A stretch of 32,000 nucleotides of DNA from Candidatus Lokiarchaeum ossiferum (GTDB lineage Archaea; Asgardarchaeota; Lokiarchaeia; Sigyniarchaeales; Promethearchaeaceae). The notes beneath the pieces are model-generated. The model worked only from the letters and a program-made list of their open reading frames with translations. It had not been told where the DNA came from and searched no databases. A program made the translations under genes and the position numbers. The DNA is taken from contig CP104013.1 of NCBI GenBank assembly GCA_025839675.1, positions 4,350,001-4,382,000 of the forward strand, read 5' to 3'. Positions 15,469-23,568 of this stretch are shown one piece after another (the first letter of the stretch is position 1; each line of letters starts with the position of its first letter).

Positions 15469-16221
15469 TTAATTGTGCTCTCTGATTTTATTCAAAATAT
15501 CTTCTAAAGCAAAATCTGCCATACCTAAGCTTGTGTTTGCATTGAACAGAAGCACTACGTATATTGGGGTATGAAAAGTCTCAATAGAAACGACTTGAGA
15601 AAAAATCAATTTATCGCCACCTTGCCAAATGAATTTAGGATTAGAGACGATTTCTCTTCGATTAGCCTTCGATCGTAGCTCTATTTCCCGCAAACTGGTT
15701 TCCAAATCTTCTAGTGGCAATGAAGAATAGTAGATTTCCCCTTTTAACGACATTAGTGCTGCAGCAAGAAGATCTCCTCTGGATATTTCCCCTTCAAAAA
15801 TATGTTTTAATGATTCGATGTTTGTATCACTGTAATCATCTTGGAAATTGAAAATTTCATCAATACGATTCTCTGTATCTTCATCGTCCAAAAAAATATT
15901 CGTGTCCAATGCCCGTTGGATTTTATCAAGATCAACGGCTGAAATTATTCGATCCATTCTTTCATCTAATAAAAGAGCACTCGAATCACTCGAAGTAATT
16001 ACTATGAAAATAAAATCTCCATGATGACGAAAGAAAAAACGAAGGCTTCCCATTTCCAAAATATTAAGTTTTTGATTAACAATTGTACTTGAAAAAGCCA
16101 TTATTGCCCCAAAAAAAGAAGAAAGTAGGGTAAAATCCGTTTTTATTAGTTCCTCGCTGAAATTTTTGTGATAAATTGGAATTCCAGAATTGTGGAGTAT
16201 GAAAAAACTATGAATTTGCAT
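15469..16221 (-). CDS. Two-domain protein: N-terminal longin-like domain plus C-terminal Roadblock/LC7-like domain (putative)
   Basis: The N-terminus MQIHSFFILHNSGIPIYHKNF...DFTLLSSFFGAIMAFSS...LEMGSLRFFFRHHGDFIFIVITS follows the longin / sigma-adaptin-like beta-beta-alpha-beta-beta-beta pattern. The C-terminus LLAAALMSLKGEIYYSSL...KFIWQGGDKLIFSQV...IYVVLLFNANTSLGMADFALEDILNKI follows the Roadblock pattern. Assigned by pattern only. Confidence 0.45.
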   Translation of the reverse strand: MQIHSFFILHNSGIPIYHKNFSEELIKTDFTLLSSFFGAIMAFSSTIVNQKLNILEMGSLRFFFRHHGDFIFIVITSSDSSALLLDERMDRIISAVDLDKIQRALDTNIFLDDEDTENRIDEIFNFQDDYSDTNIESLKHIFEGEISRGDLLAAALMSLKGEIYYSSLPLEDLETSLREIELRSKANRREIVSNPKFIWQGGDKLIFSQVVSIETFHTPIYVVLLFNANTSLGMADFALEDILNKIREHN

Positions 16222-16230
16222 TGCGAGTTC

Positions 16231-16680
16231 TTATTCCTGTGTTCGTTCCATTTGTAATTTGTAGAGTACAATCCTAAATCGTAATATATCCTTTAAAATT
16301 TTCTCAGGATGAGGTGTTTGCCCAGTAATAATAAAGGAATCATTACCTTCTAACGGAAAAATAACAAAATTCTTCTTTTCACCAAAGTTATAAGATATAT
16401 ACTTTAGAGGATTTTCTTCTTCATTGGGAAATAGTTTCAAAATTTGATATCGAATGAAATATTCACTCATTTTAGCATTGTATCTTTTTGATTGCTTATG
16501 ATCCTCAAGGTAGTTTTCTGAGAAAACACTCATGATTTCTAGTCCTTTAATCTTTCCAGTTACTCCGACTAAAGCTAAAAAAGAAGATTGAGATTTTTTA
16601 AGGGTTGATTCAAATTGCTGTTCTAGCTCCTTTATTGCTTCAATTTCTTGTTTAGAAAAGAATTTTGAAAGAATTCCCAT
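16231..16680 (-). CDS. Roadblock/LC7-fold-like small protein (putative)
   Basis: 149 aa. The predicted alpha-beta-beta-alpha-beta-beta-alpha order is readable from the sequence: EIEAIKELEQQFESTL / FLALVGVTG / IKGLEIMSV / YNAKMSEYFIRYQILKLF / LKYISYNFGEKK / FVIFPLEGNDSFIITG / PEKILKDILRFRIVLYKL. Confidence 0.4.
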   Translation of the reverse strand: MGILSKFFSKQEIEAIKELEQQFESTLKKSQSSFLALVGVTGKIKGLEIMSVFSENYLEDHKQSKRYNAKMSEYFIRYQILKLFPNEEENPLKYISYNFGEKKNFVIFPLEGNDSFIITGQTPHPEKILKDILRFRIVLYKLQMERTQE

Positions 16681-16697
16681 TATTATTTCAATCCTTT

Positions 16698-17162
16698 CTA
16701 ACTCATTTCACTCTCAAAAATGCATTTTTTGCATCCATTGGCGATAAGTTCTTTTGGTTCCATGTAAAATTGTTTGTCTGGAAACGCAAGTTGAAGGGCT
16801 GTATCAAATAATCCTTCTGTATAGTGGCAGAAAAATTCCATATCTTGAATGGGAAACCCTCCTGCTTTTTTATAAGGGCATGCATCTAATTCGATATCAA
16901 TTTTATTTCCATTTAGTTTTACTGACCCCTTATTTTCACCGATAACCGGTTCGATTACCTCAGACACGAGTAAATTGCAAAATTCCTCTACTGTAGTATA
17001 TTTTCCTTTAAATTTCCGGAAAATATCTTCTGCAGCGGCTTCACCAACTCTACGGAAAATCATCGTTAACGTTTCAAAGCCAAGGGTATCTTTAATCTCC
17101 TTTAAACTCATTTGAAATATATTTGCAATAAATTTTAATTGTCTAACTCTTTTTGTGACCAT
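16698..17162 (-). CDS. V4R (4-vinyl reductase / Bet3-TRAPP-related) domain protein
   Basis: IFRRVGEAAAEDI..., ELDACPYKK...FFCHYTEGLFDTALQLAF and C-terminal ELIANGCKKCIFESE match the V4R pattern (C-x-x-C... C-H-x-x-x-G-x-x-x-G ... E-x-x-C-x-x-x-G-x-x-x-C-x-F). I chose the start at ATG 17162 because GGTGA lies 5 nt upstream and abuts the upstream stop (TAAGGTGAAAAGAATG). An alternative ATG at 17189 would overlap the Roadblock gene by 17 nt. Confidence 0.6.
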   Translation of the reverse strand: MVTKRVRQLKFIANIFQMSLKEIKDTLGFETLTMIFRRVGEAAAEDIFRKFKGKYTTVEEFCNLLVSEVIEPVIGENKGSVKLNGNKIDIELDACPYKKAGGFPIQDMEFFCHYTEGLFDTALQLAFPDKQFYMEPKELIANGCKKCIFESEMS

Positions 17163-17172
17163 TCTTTTCACC

Positions 17173-17550
17173 TTATCCAAAAATTTCATTCAACTTCTCT
17201 GCTGCATCTTCCAGTTCCAAACTAATCAATCCTAAGTTTGGTTCTTGTTTAGTCAATACAATTAAGATCACTTTTCCTGTGAAAAGTAAGAAAACATTCC
17301 CAGTTGAAATTTCAATATTTAGCGATTTAAATTCTCCTTTTAGTAATTCTCCAGATGCTCGTTTGGAGATACTGTATAAAGCCGAAGCCATAGCTCCTAA
17401 AAGGCGTTCTGATTTTTTATCTTGGCTGATAGTTTTTCGTAGAGATAAAATAATCAAACCATTTGTTCGAGCAATAGCAAGATCATTTAAATCTGGAGCT
17501 CTGTTGTGTAGATCCTCCAGTAATTTTCTTGCTTCATCCATCCTACTCAT
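17173..17550 (-). CDS. Roadblock/LC7 (MglB-like) domain protein
   Basis: LNDLAIARTNGLIILSL...LLGAMASALYSISKRASGELLKGEFKSLNIEISTGNVFLLFTGKVILIVLTKQEPNLGLISLELEDAAEKL is a textbook Roadblock/LC7 pattern. I chose the start at ATG 17550, preceded by GGGGAG. The ORF extends to 17622, but its first 24 codons look non-coding. Confidence 0.75.
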   Translation of the reverse strand: MSRMDEARKLLEDLHNRAPDLNDLAIARTNGLIILSLRKTISQDKKSERLLGAMASALYSISKRASGELLKGEFKSLNIEISTGNVFLLFTGKVILIVLTKQEPNLGLISLELEDAAEKLNEIFG

Positions 17551-17573
17551 TTTTTTCTCCCCTCTCTGTCCTA

Positions 17574-17583
17574 TTTTAAATAT
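17574..17583 (-). promoter_or_regulatory. Candidate TATA box for the Roadblock-led operon
   Basis: The minus strand reads ATATTTAAAA 24-33 nt upstream of the ATG at 17550, inside a 280-nt AT-rich gap to the upstream gene. Confidence 0.3.
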
Positions 17584-17833
17584 CTGTTTTGTTCCATCAA
17601 AAAAAAGGTTTGTTGTAAACATAAAATTTCTCTTTACGATATGTATGGGAGAGAAATTTGTATTGTGATAAAATGAGTTTTTTTAACTTAAATTATTATG
17701 GTCACCAAACTTCGTTCATTAACAATTTAATCTTTTATTTATATTCTTTTTTCTTCTGCTTTAAAGCATGAAAAAATTCACTGCATAGATATCGAAAATA
17801 AATTTAGATTCTGAAGAGAATCTTCAATTCATA

Positions 17834-18229
17834 TTAATGGTTCAAAACATGTTCAGGAGGGGTGAAACAAATGAATTCACCATGAAAAATCTCTTCTTCA
17901 CTACGATAAACCATTACTTCGACAATCCTTTTTTTTCTTTCTTTCTGAACTTTGATGGCCTCTGCAATAAGGTAGTCTCCAACACTCACAGGTTTCATAA
18001 ACTTGACATTTGCACTTCCTAATACGACATTTGGATGATTAATTGCAATCATTGCTGCATAATCCGCAAAACCAAAAATAAATCCCCCATGTACTAAGTT
18101 GTATTCGTCGACAGCCATTTCTGGAGTTAAAGTCAAGGCGATTTGACACCATTCAGTATCCATCTCCAAGATTTCTCCACATAATTTTGGATCAATTTTA
18201 TGGTGTGTTTTAGGAATTATTTGGGTCAT
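17834..18229 (-). CDS. Hotdog-fold acyl-CoA thioesterase (PaaI/YbgC-like)
   Basis: NLVHGGFIFGFADYAAMIAIN...GSANVKFMKPVSVGDYLIAEA is a PaaI-type thioesterase pattern. The ORF-track start at 18289 is TTG; the first ATG is at 18229. Confidence 0.6.
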   Translation of the reverse strand: MTQIIPKTHHKIDPKLCGEILEMDTEWCQIALTLTPEMAVDEYNLVHGGFIFGFADYAAMIAINHPNVVLGSANVKFMKPVSVGDYLIAEAIKVQKERKKRIVEVMVYRSEEEIFHGEFICFTPPEHVLNH

Positions 18230-18544
18230 ATCAAAATTTAAGGGAATAAGGAGTAAAAAAGGTATGGAATGATGGAAAGATTTTTCCAAAAACCATAAAT
18301 CTCAAATTCTAAACAAATATAAAAAACATTAAGATCAATATGGGGAAAACCATACGTGATACCTTTTATGGCATATAAAATAACTACCATTTAATCGGAA
18401 ATTTTCCAGATCAATATTTTCACGCTCGATATTTCGATATATGTGCAGAAATTATACCTTCAAATTCATTTTGGCAAAATAAGATTCCCTCTTTAGTTGT
18501 TCAAAAAAACAGATCTAGGAAATTTCCGATTCTTGAAAAAAATT

Positions 18545-19438
18545 TTATTTTTCTGTTGAAAATCGTTTGAATGTTATCCAGTGGATAATTGAAAAAGGGA
18601 TAGCTAATAGATTCCAACCAATTATTAGAGTAAACCATAGAACATCATCCAACCGATTGAACAAAGCGACGATAGTTGTTGCTGTCACTTGTGAGGCTCC
18701 TGCCATCAGTGACCACATCCAAGGGAGAAATGAAAGTTTATCCTTAAATTTAGTTTGTTTTTCTTCTATAGATAACTCATGTTTATCTACATTGTGTATC
18801 ATTTTTTGTTCTATATTTGGAAAAGGTGTTAATTTTTTAACCAATTTTTCCAAAAAATTCAATTTAACTTCCGCATCACTATCAAACCCAAAGGAATTAA
18901 CAATGCTGTTATGTTTTGTTTTTGCTGTTAATTCATCATTTTGTAGACCTGCACGTAAATGTTTAAAATATCTCGCTTTGACACTAGTATGATAAAATAA
19001 GCCAATAAAATTTGATACAAGAGCTAAGGCTAAGTATAAAAAGACAAGATTCGTTCCTAGTCGAAGATATTGTTCGATGGCGATTGCAATTAGAACTGCT
19101 AAAACACCTACCCCATCACCAACAGCATCGAACATGGCTCCAAATTTCGAAAAATTCTTGGTCAATCGTGCCAAAGCTCCATCAATACAATCAAAATAAT
19201 GACGTAAAAAGAAAAACAACGCGCCTAAATAGACATGTCCTAATCCAAAGAAAATTGCTGCAATAAAAGCACAAAGTAATGAAATAAATGTAATAAAATT
19301 GGGTGTTAGACCTAGTTTGGCTGAAAGGTGGACCATTGGATAGGAAAGAGGGCGATATAGAATATTATTGATCATTTCTCCTTGTGTTTTGTTTCCTTTC
19401 TTGTATTCTTGGATAAAAGTTTCAAATTTACCTTTCAT
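18545..19438 (-). CDS. CDP-alcohol phosphatidyltransferase family protein (polar-lipid head-group transferase)
   Basis: Signature D-G-x2-A-R-x8-G-x3-D-x3-D is present as DCIDGALARLTKNFSKFGAMFDAVGDGVG. Polytopic membrane protein. It carries a ~75-aa hydrophilic insertion (LRAGLQNDELTAK...TKFKDKLSF). Confidence 0.8.
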   Translation of the reverse strand: MKGKFETFIQEYKKGNKTQGEMINNILYRPLSYPMVHLSAKLGLTPNFITFISLLCAFIAAIFFGLGHVYLGALFFFLRHYFDCIDGALARLTKNFSKFGAMFDAVGDGVGVLAVLIAIAIEQYLRLGTNLVFLYLALALVSNFIGLFYHTSVKARYFKHLRAGLQNDELTAKTKHNSIVNSFGFDSDAEVKLNFLEKLVKKLTPFPNIEQKMIHNVDKHELSIEEKQTKFKDKLSFLPWMWSLMAGASQVTATTIVALFNRLDDVLWFTLIIGWNLLAIPFSIIHWITFKRFSTEK

Positions 19439-19511
19439 AATTTAGTTAAGTTAAACCTTAATTTCTTTTATTGCTTTTTAATCAATTAATACCAAATCAT
19501 TGCGATGGCCT

Positions 19512-21077
19512 ATGGTTGAAAAAACAGATTATTTAATCATTGGAGGAGGTATCGCTGGTCTTTCCGCAGCCATCTCCTTGCAAAAATATGGAAATGTACT
19601 TATTTTAATGAAACGCAAGTACAATGATTGTAATACATATTATGCTGCGGGTGGCATTGCTGGATCTGGTCCCTGGAGTACTGATTTTGAAGGACATATT
19701 TCTGATACCCTTGAAGCTGGAGATGGTTTATGTGATCCTGATGTTGTTCGCTCCATTATTCATAAAGGGACATCCTGCCTTCAAGATTTGATGGGTTGGG
19801 GGATTGAATTTGACCGTGATGAAGAAGGTATTCTGGATTTAGGAAGAGAAGGAGGTCATCACACTCGTCGGGTGTTGCATACAAATGATCTGACTGGTCG
19901 TTCCATTTTACAAACTCTTCTTCATAAAGCTCATTCTTTTCCCAATATTGAATTTCGAGAAGATCATGTAGTGGTTAATTTAATCGAACGCGAAACTCAG
20001 TGTGTTGGAGCATATGTATTAGAAAAAGAATCGGAGGAAATTTATACAATAGAAGCTAAAGCAACAATACTTGCAACTGGAGGGATTGGAAAAGTTTATC
20101 TATACACAAGTAATCCTGATGTTGCATCTGGTGATGGAATTGCAATGGCTTCTCGAATTGGAGCGCGAATAAATAACATGGAGATGGTCCAATTCCATCC
20201 GACGTGTCTTTATCATCCGATGGCAAAGAATGCTTTAATTACAGAGGCAATACGTGGTGAAGGGGCAATTCTTCGTGATCAACGTGGAATACGATTCATG
20301 GTGGATGTGCATCCCTTAAAGGAACTTGCCCCTAGAGATATTGTTGCTCGAGCAATTGATTCCGTTCTCAAGGAGTCTGGAGATGATTTTGTATATTTGG
20401 ATATTTCTTTCAAAGATGCGGTTTTCTTGAAAAATCGATTCCCAGGTGTTTACCAAAAGTGTCTGGAATTTGATATTGACATCACAAAAGAACCAATTCC
20501 CGTGGTTCCAGCATGTCATTATGCTTGTGGAGGGATTGAAGCTACTATCGAAGGAAAAACTAATGTTGAACGTCTTTTTGCGATAGGTGAGTGTGCGTGT
20601 ACTGGTTTACATGGGGCAAACCGTCTAGCAAGTAATTCCTTATTGGAAGGGCTTGTCTGTGGGTCTGAATGTGGAGAATATATCGGAAACAATATTCAGA
20701 ATTTCCATGTATTACATTCTTCCCTTCCTGAATGGTCCACCTATGGGGCTGTTGATTCAAAGGAAGCTTTTGTTATCTCCTTTAATTGGGCTGAAATTAG
20801 GCAAACAATGCAATATTATGCGAGTATAATTCGTTCCGATAGTTATTTACTCCGGGCTCGTCATCGTATTACTCTGATCCATGAAGAAGTGGATCACTAT
20901 TACTGGAATTTTCGGATTAATAGTGATTTAATAGAGTTGCGAAATTTACTAACAGTTGCCCGTCTTATTGTGGAAAGTGCCCTTGCTCGTAAAGAAAGTC
21001 GAGGTGCTCATTATACACTGGATCATCCGAAAAAATCAAACGTTGTTCGAAATACAACAATTCAACGATATTGGTAA
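19512..21077 (+). CDS. nadB: L-aspartate oxidase
   Basis: DYLIIGGGIAGLSAA (FAD dinucleotide fold), HPTCLYHP, RGEGAILRD, ACHYACGGI, GANRLASNSLLEGLV, ESRGAHYTLDHP. The length (~521 aa) fits NadB rather than SdhA/FrdA. The ORF-track start at 19500 is TTG; the in-frame ATG is at 19512. Confidence 0.9.
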   Translation: MVEKTDYLIIGGGIAGLSAAISLQKYGNVLILMKRKYNDCNTYYAAGGIAGSGPWSTDFEGHISDTLEAGDGLCDPDVVRSIIHKGTSCLQDLMGWGIEFDRDEEGILDLGREGGHHTRRVLHTNDLTGRSILQTLLHKAHSFPNIEFREDHVVVNLIERETQCVGAYVLEKESEEIYTIEAKATILATGGIGKVYLYTSNPDVASGDGIAMASRIGARINNMEMVQFHPTCLYHPMAKNALITEAIRGEGAILRDQRGIRFMVDVHPLKELAPRDIVARAIDSVLKESGDDFVYLDISFKDAVFLKNRFPGVYQKCLEFDIDITKEPIPVVPACHYACGGIEATIEGKTNVERLFAIGECACTGLHGANRLASNSLLEGLVCGSECGEYIGNNIQNFHVLHSSLPEWSTYGAVDSKEAFVISFNWAEIRQTMQYYASIIRSDSYLLRARHRITLIHEEVDHYYWNFRINSDLIELRNLLTVARLIVESALARKESRGAHYTLDHPKKSNVVRNTTIQRYW

Positions 21078-21106
21078 AAAGACATAAAAAAAAATAATGA
21101 AGAATT

Positions 21107-21817
21107 TCATTTTTCGTATTTTAATCCTTTCTTTATGAAATCCATAACTATTTCAATAATATTTTGAGATGCTTGTGCAAAATTAGGCATCAAACTTGAA
21201 CGATTTAATAGTTCGTCTAGTAATCCTGTCATTAATGTGCCTATCGTCATGGCTAATATTGGAGCAGATAAATCTTGCCTAATTGTTTGATCATCTATAG
21301 CCTGTTGAATTGTGAATGTCCATATTTTTACGAATTGCATTTCGTGCATCTCAAAATTTTGAAGAATTTTTTTTAATCTCTCCATTTTTAGTTGATCTTT
21401 TTCACTATTTAATCTCTCAATCTGAATATTTATTTTTTTATAACTTTCTCCTGCATAATCGAGTGCTTTTCGGTAAAAGAATTGCTTAGTATGAAAATCA
21501 ATAAAGGCATACCCTAAAGCTTCGACATTTTCTATTCCTGATTTTGATTTTACAGTTGCTTTTTCAAATTTTTTAGTCAAAATATCATAAGCCTCTATCC
21601 CAAGTTTAATAAAAAGATCTTCCTTCGATTCAAAATAATTGTAAAGGGTTGCTCTGCTGAGTGCTGTCCTCTCGGCTAGTATGTTCATAGTCACATTTTC
21701 TGCACCAAACTCATCAATTATCTCTTTGAACGCAAGTAAGATTGTTTTTTTTACTTTTGCATGTTTAATTTTCCTTTTCTCAGACTTAGAAATTGACCTT
21801 TTGAGTGAATTCACCAT
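21107..21817 (-). CDS. TetR/AcrR-family transcriptional regulator
   Basis: N-terminal HTH: ILLAFKEIIDEFGAENVTMNILAERTALSRATLYNYFESKEDLF. Helical C-terminal ligand domain. Divergent from the flavodoxin gene. Confidence 0.85.
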   Translation of the reverse strand: MVNSLKRSISKSEKRKIKHAKVKKTILLAFKEIIDEFGAENVTMNILAERTALSRATLYNYFESKEDLFIKLGIEAYDILTKKFEKATVKSKSGIENVEALGYAFIDFHTKQFFYRKALDYAGESYKKINIQIERLNSEKDQLKMERLKKILQNFEMHEMQFVKIWTFTIQQAIDDQTIRQDLSAPILAMTIGTLMTGLLDELLNRSSLMPNFAQASQNIIEIVMDFIKKGLKYEK

Positions 21818-21865
21818 TATTAGAAAAATACCAAGATATAATTATAAATTTTACGTAATACCATT

Positions 21866-21909
21866 TTTGTATAAATTTTAGACAAAAATTGGCCTTTGTA
21901 TACTTTTAG
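21866..21909. promoter_or_regulatory. Imperfect direct repeat in the TetR/flavodoxin divergent intergenic region (candidate TATA boxes and/or operator)
   Basis: TTTGTATAAATTTTAG (21866-21881) and TTTGTATACTTTTAG (21895-21909). The second copy lies 25-39 nt upstream of the flavodoxin ATG at 21934. Confidence 0.3.
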
Positions 21910-21933
21910 TATCATCATGGATTTAAATGAAAT

Positions 21934-22461
21934 ATGTCTATTCGCAACAATGATGATACGACAAAAAAACAAGTAAACGCTTTGGTTGTTTATTATTCGC
22001 TTACCAACACTACAAAAACAATTGCAGAATCGATTCAAAAGGAACTTTCCTGTGATATCTTACGAATACAACCTGTCAAAGAACTCAATCCTGAAGGAGG
22101 TGCCAAATTTGTTTGGGGGGGAATGCAAGCAACAATGCACACTAAACCAAAAATTGAACCTCATTTCCTAGAACTCTCAAATTATGATTTAATATTCATC
22201 GGAACTCCAGTATGGGCATGGACTTTTGCACCTCCAATACGAACTTTTCTTGCTGAGAACAATTTACAAAATAAAAATGTGGCTCTTTGGACATGTGCTG
22301 GAGGTGTTGAGGAAAAAGCCTTACTTCGTTTAAAAAAGCAAATTAAGGATTGCAATTACATTGGTGGTATAAGATTCATTCAACCAGCGGATAATAATCA
22401 TGATGCTAACATTGCTAAAACAATAGAATGGGTCAAATCCATAAAATGGGCTCAAAGTTGA
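21934..22461 (+). CDS. Flavodoxin-like protein
   Basis: ALVVYYSLTNTTKTIAESI (FMN phosphate-loop-like S/T-x-T-x-x-T) and DLIFIGTPVWAWTFAPPIRTFL, typical of the flavodoxin_4 / NAD(P)H-dependent-oxidoreductase-like family. Confidence 0.7.
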   Translation: MSIRNNDDTTKKQVNALVVYYSLTNTTKTIAESIQKELSCDILRIQPVKELNPEGGAKFVWGGMQATMHTKPKIEPHFLELSNYDLIFIGTPVWAWTFAPPIRTFLAENNLQNKNVALWTCAGGVEEKALLRLKKQIKDCNYIGGIRFIQPADNNHDANIAKTIEWVKSIKWAQS

Positions 22462-22476
22462 AAGGGATGTAATCTG

Positions 22477-23280
22477 ATGCAAACAGAAATTAAAGTAAAA
22501 TCTAAAACTAATTTGGGTCTCCGTCAGAAGATTCGAAAATCTATCCTATTTCTATGGTTAGTAGTGATGCCTATTACTTTCAATCTATTTTCCCCTATCT
22601 TGATTATTATGGCGGGATTTGAGGCAACAATTAACATGAGTATTATTATATTTGCTATTTGGTTTCTATCCTCATTAATCTTTGGCCGTGCATATTGTGC
22701 TTATGGATGTCAATGGGGGGCTTTACAGGAAATTTTTGGGGAAACAATGAAGAAAAAATTGGATCCAAATAAAAAAACAAGAAATCGGAAAGTGAAATTT
22801 CCAGTTTTTATCATTTGGATTGTGGTTGTATTTTTGGGACCCATTTTAGCTGGAGGTTATTTTAATGGAATTAATTTCTTTTATCCAAATGTCGCTGAAC
22901 AAAATCAATGGTGGTCATTTGACGGAAGGGCTCCAAGTTCTTTGATTTTTTACTTCGGAATTCAAATTTCAGTGATATTAATCTTTGTTTTAATACCTGG
23001 AAATCGTGGTCTATGCGCCTATGGATGTCCGATGGGAGTTCTTGGGATTCTTGGCACAAAAATTAAAAATTTCTTCAAGTGGCCGAGCCTACATTTGGAG
23101 TCTGATTCGAGTAAATGCATAAAATGTAAGAAATGTTCCAAAGAATGTCCAATGTCGATAGATGTTCATACTCTTATCCAATCGGAAAATATAGAGGATA
23201 TGGAATGTATTTTGTGTGGGAGTTGTGTTGATGTTTGTTCTCACGATGTGATTAAATTTGCTTGGAAGTGGAAAAAATAA
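22477..23280 (+). CDS. Membrane-bound 4Fe-4S binding protein (NapH/MauN/YccM-like)
   Basis: Several TM helices. Paired CAYGCQWGA and CAYGCPMGV motifs. C-terminal 2x[4Fe-4S] ferredoxin motifs CIKCKKCSKECP and CILCGSCVDVCS. Starts 15 nt after the flavodoxin stop. Confidence 0.75.
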   Translation: MQTEIKVKSKTNLGLRQKIRKSILFLWLVVMPITFNLFSPILIIMAGFEATINMSIIIFAIWFLSSLIFGRAYCAYGCQWGALQEIFGETMKKKLDPNKKTRNRKVKFPVFIIWIVVVFLGPILAGGYFNGINFFYPNVAEQNQWWSFDGRAPSSLIFYFGIQISVILIFVLIPGNRGLCAYGCPMGVLGILGTKIKNFFKWPSLHLESDSSKCIKCKKCSKECPMSIDVHTLIQSENIEDMECILCGSCVDVCSHDVIKFAWKWKK

Positions 23281-23288
23281 TTTTTTTT
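23281..23288 (+). terminator. Oligo-T run directly after the 4Fe-4S gene stop
   Basis: T8 directly follows the TAA at 23278-23280. Confidence 0.35.
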
Positions 23289-23568
23289 AGCTCGTTTATT
23301 CGCTGGAATTTACATTAACGATTAATCTTTTAGAAGAATCGAAAGCGGACACGATTATACCCATTAAGGAAAATTCTAAAAAAATTTAACTACTTCAATC
23401 TCCTTGAATATCGCTCCATATCTCTGGATATTTGAAAAAAATTTGCTTTTGAATGGCGGAGAATTTGCTTTTAAAAAGAATGAAATATGTTGTATTATAG
23501 ATATAATAAATAAGAATATAATAAGAGTAAGCCTAAATTCTCTTGATCCATGGTAAAATGATATTACA

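Noticed and set aside
16231-16680. Possible degenerate Arf-like small GTPase. The N-terminus MGILSKFFSK resembles the Arf amphipathic helix, and LVGVTGKIKG resembles a P-loop.
   Set aside because: At 149 aa it is too short for a G domain. There are no G3 (DxxG) or G4 (NKxD) motifs. 'GVTGKIKG' lacks the GxxxxGK[ST] spacing. The overall helix/strand order fits Roadblock/LC7 far better.
17279-19266. Antisense ORFs at 17279-17668, 18567-18992 and 19012-19266. The same applies to the nested ORFs at 26507-26845, 31120-31506, 12441-12629 and 6723-7044.
   Set aside because: Each overlaps a strongly supported gene (antisense, or same-strand out of frame) and has no motif support. They are shadow ORFs.
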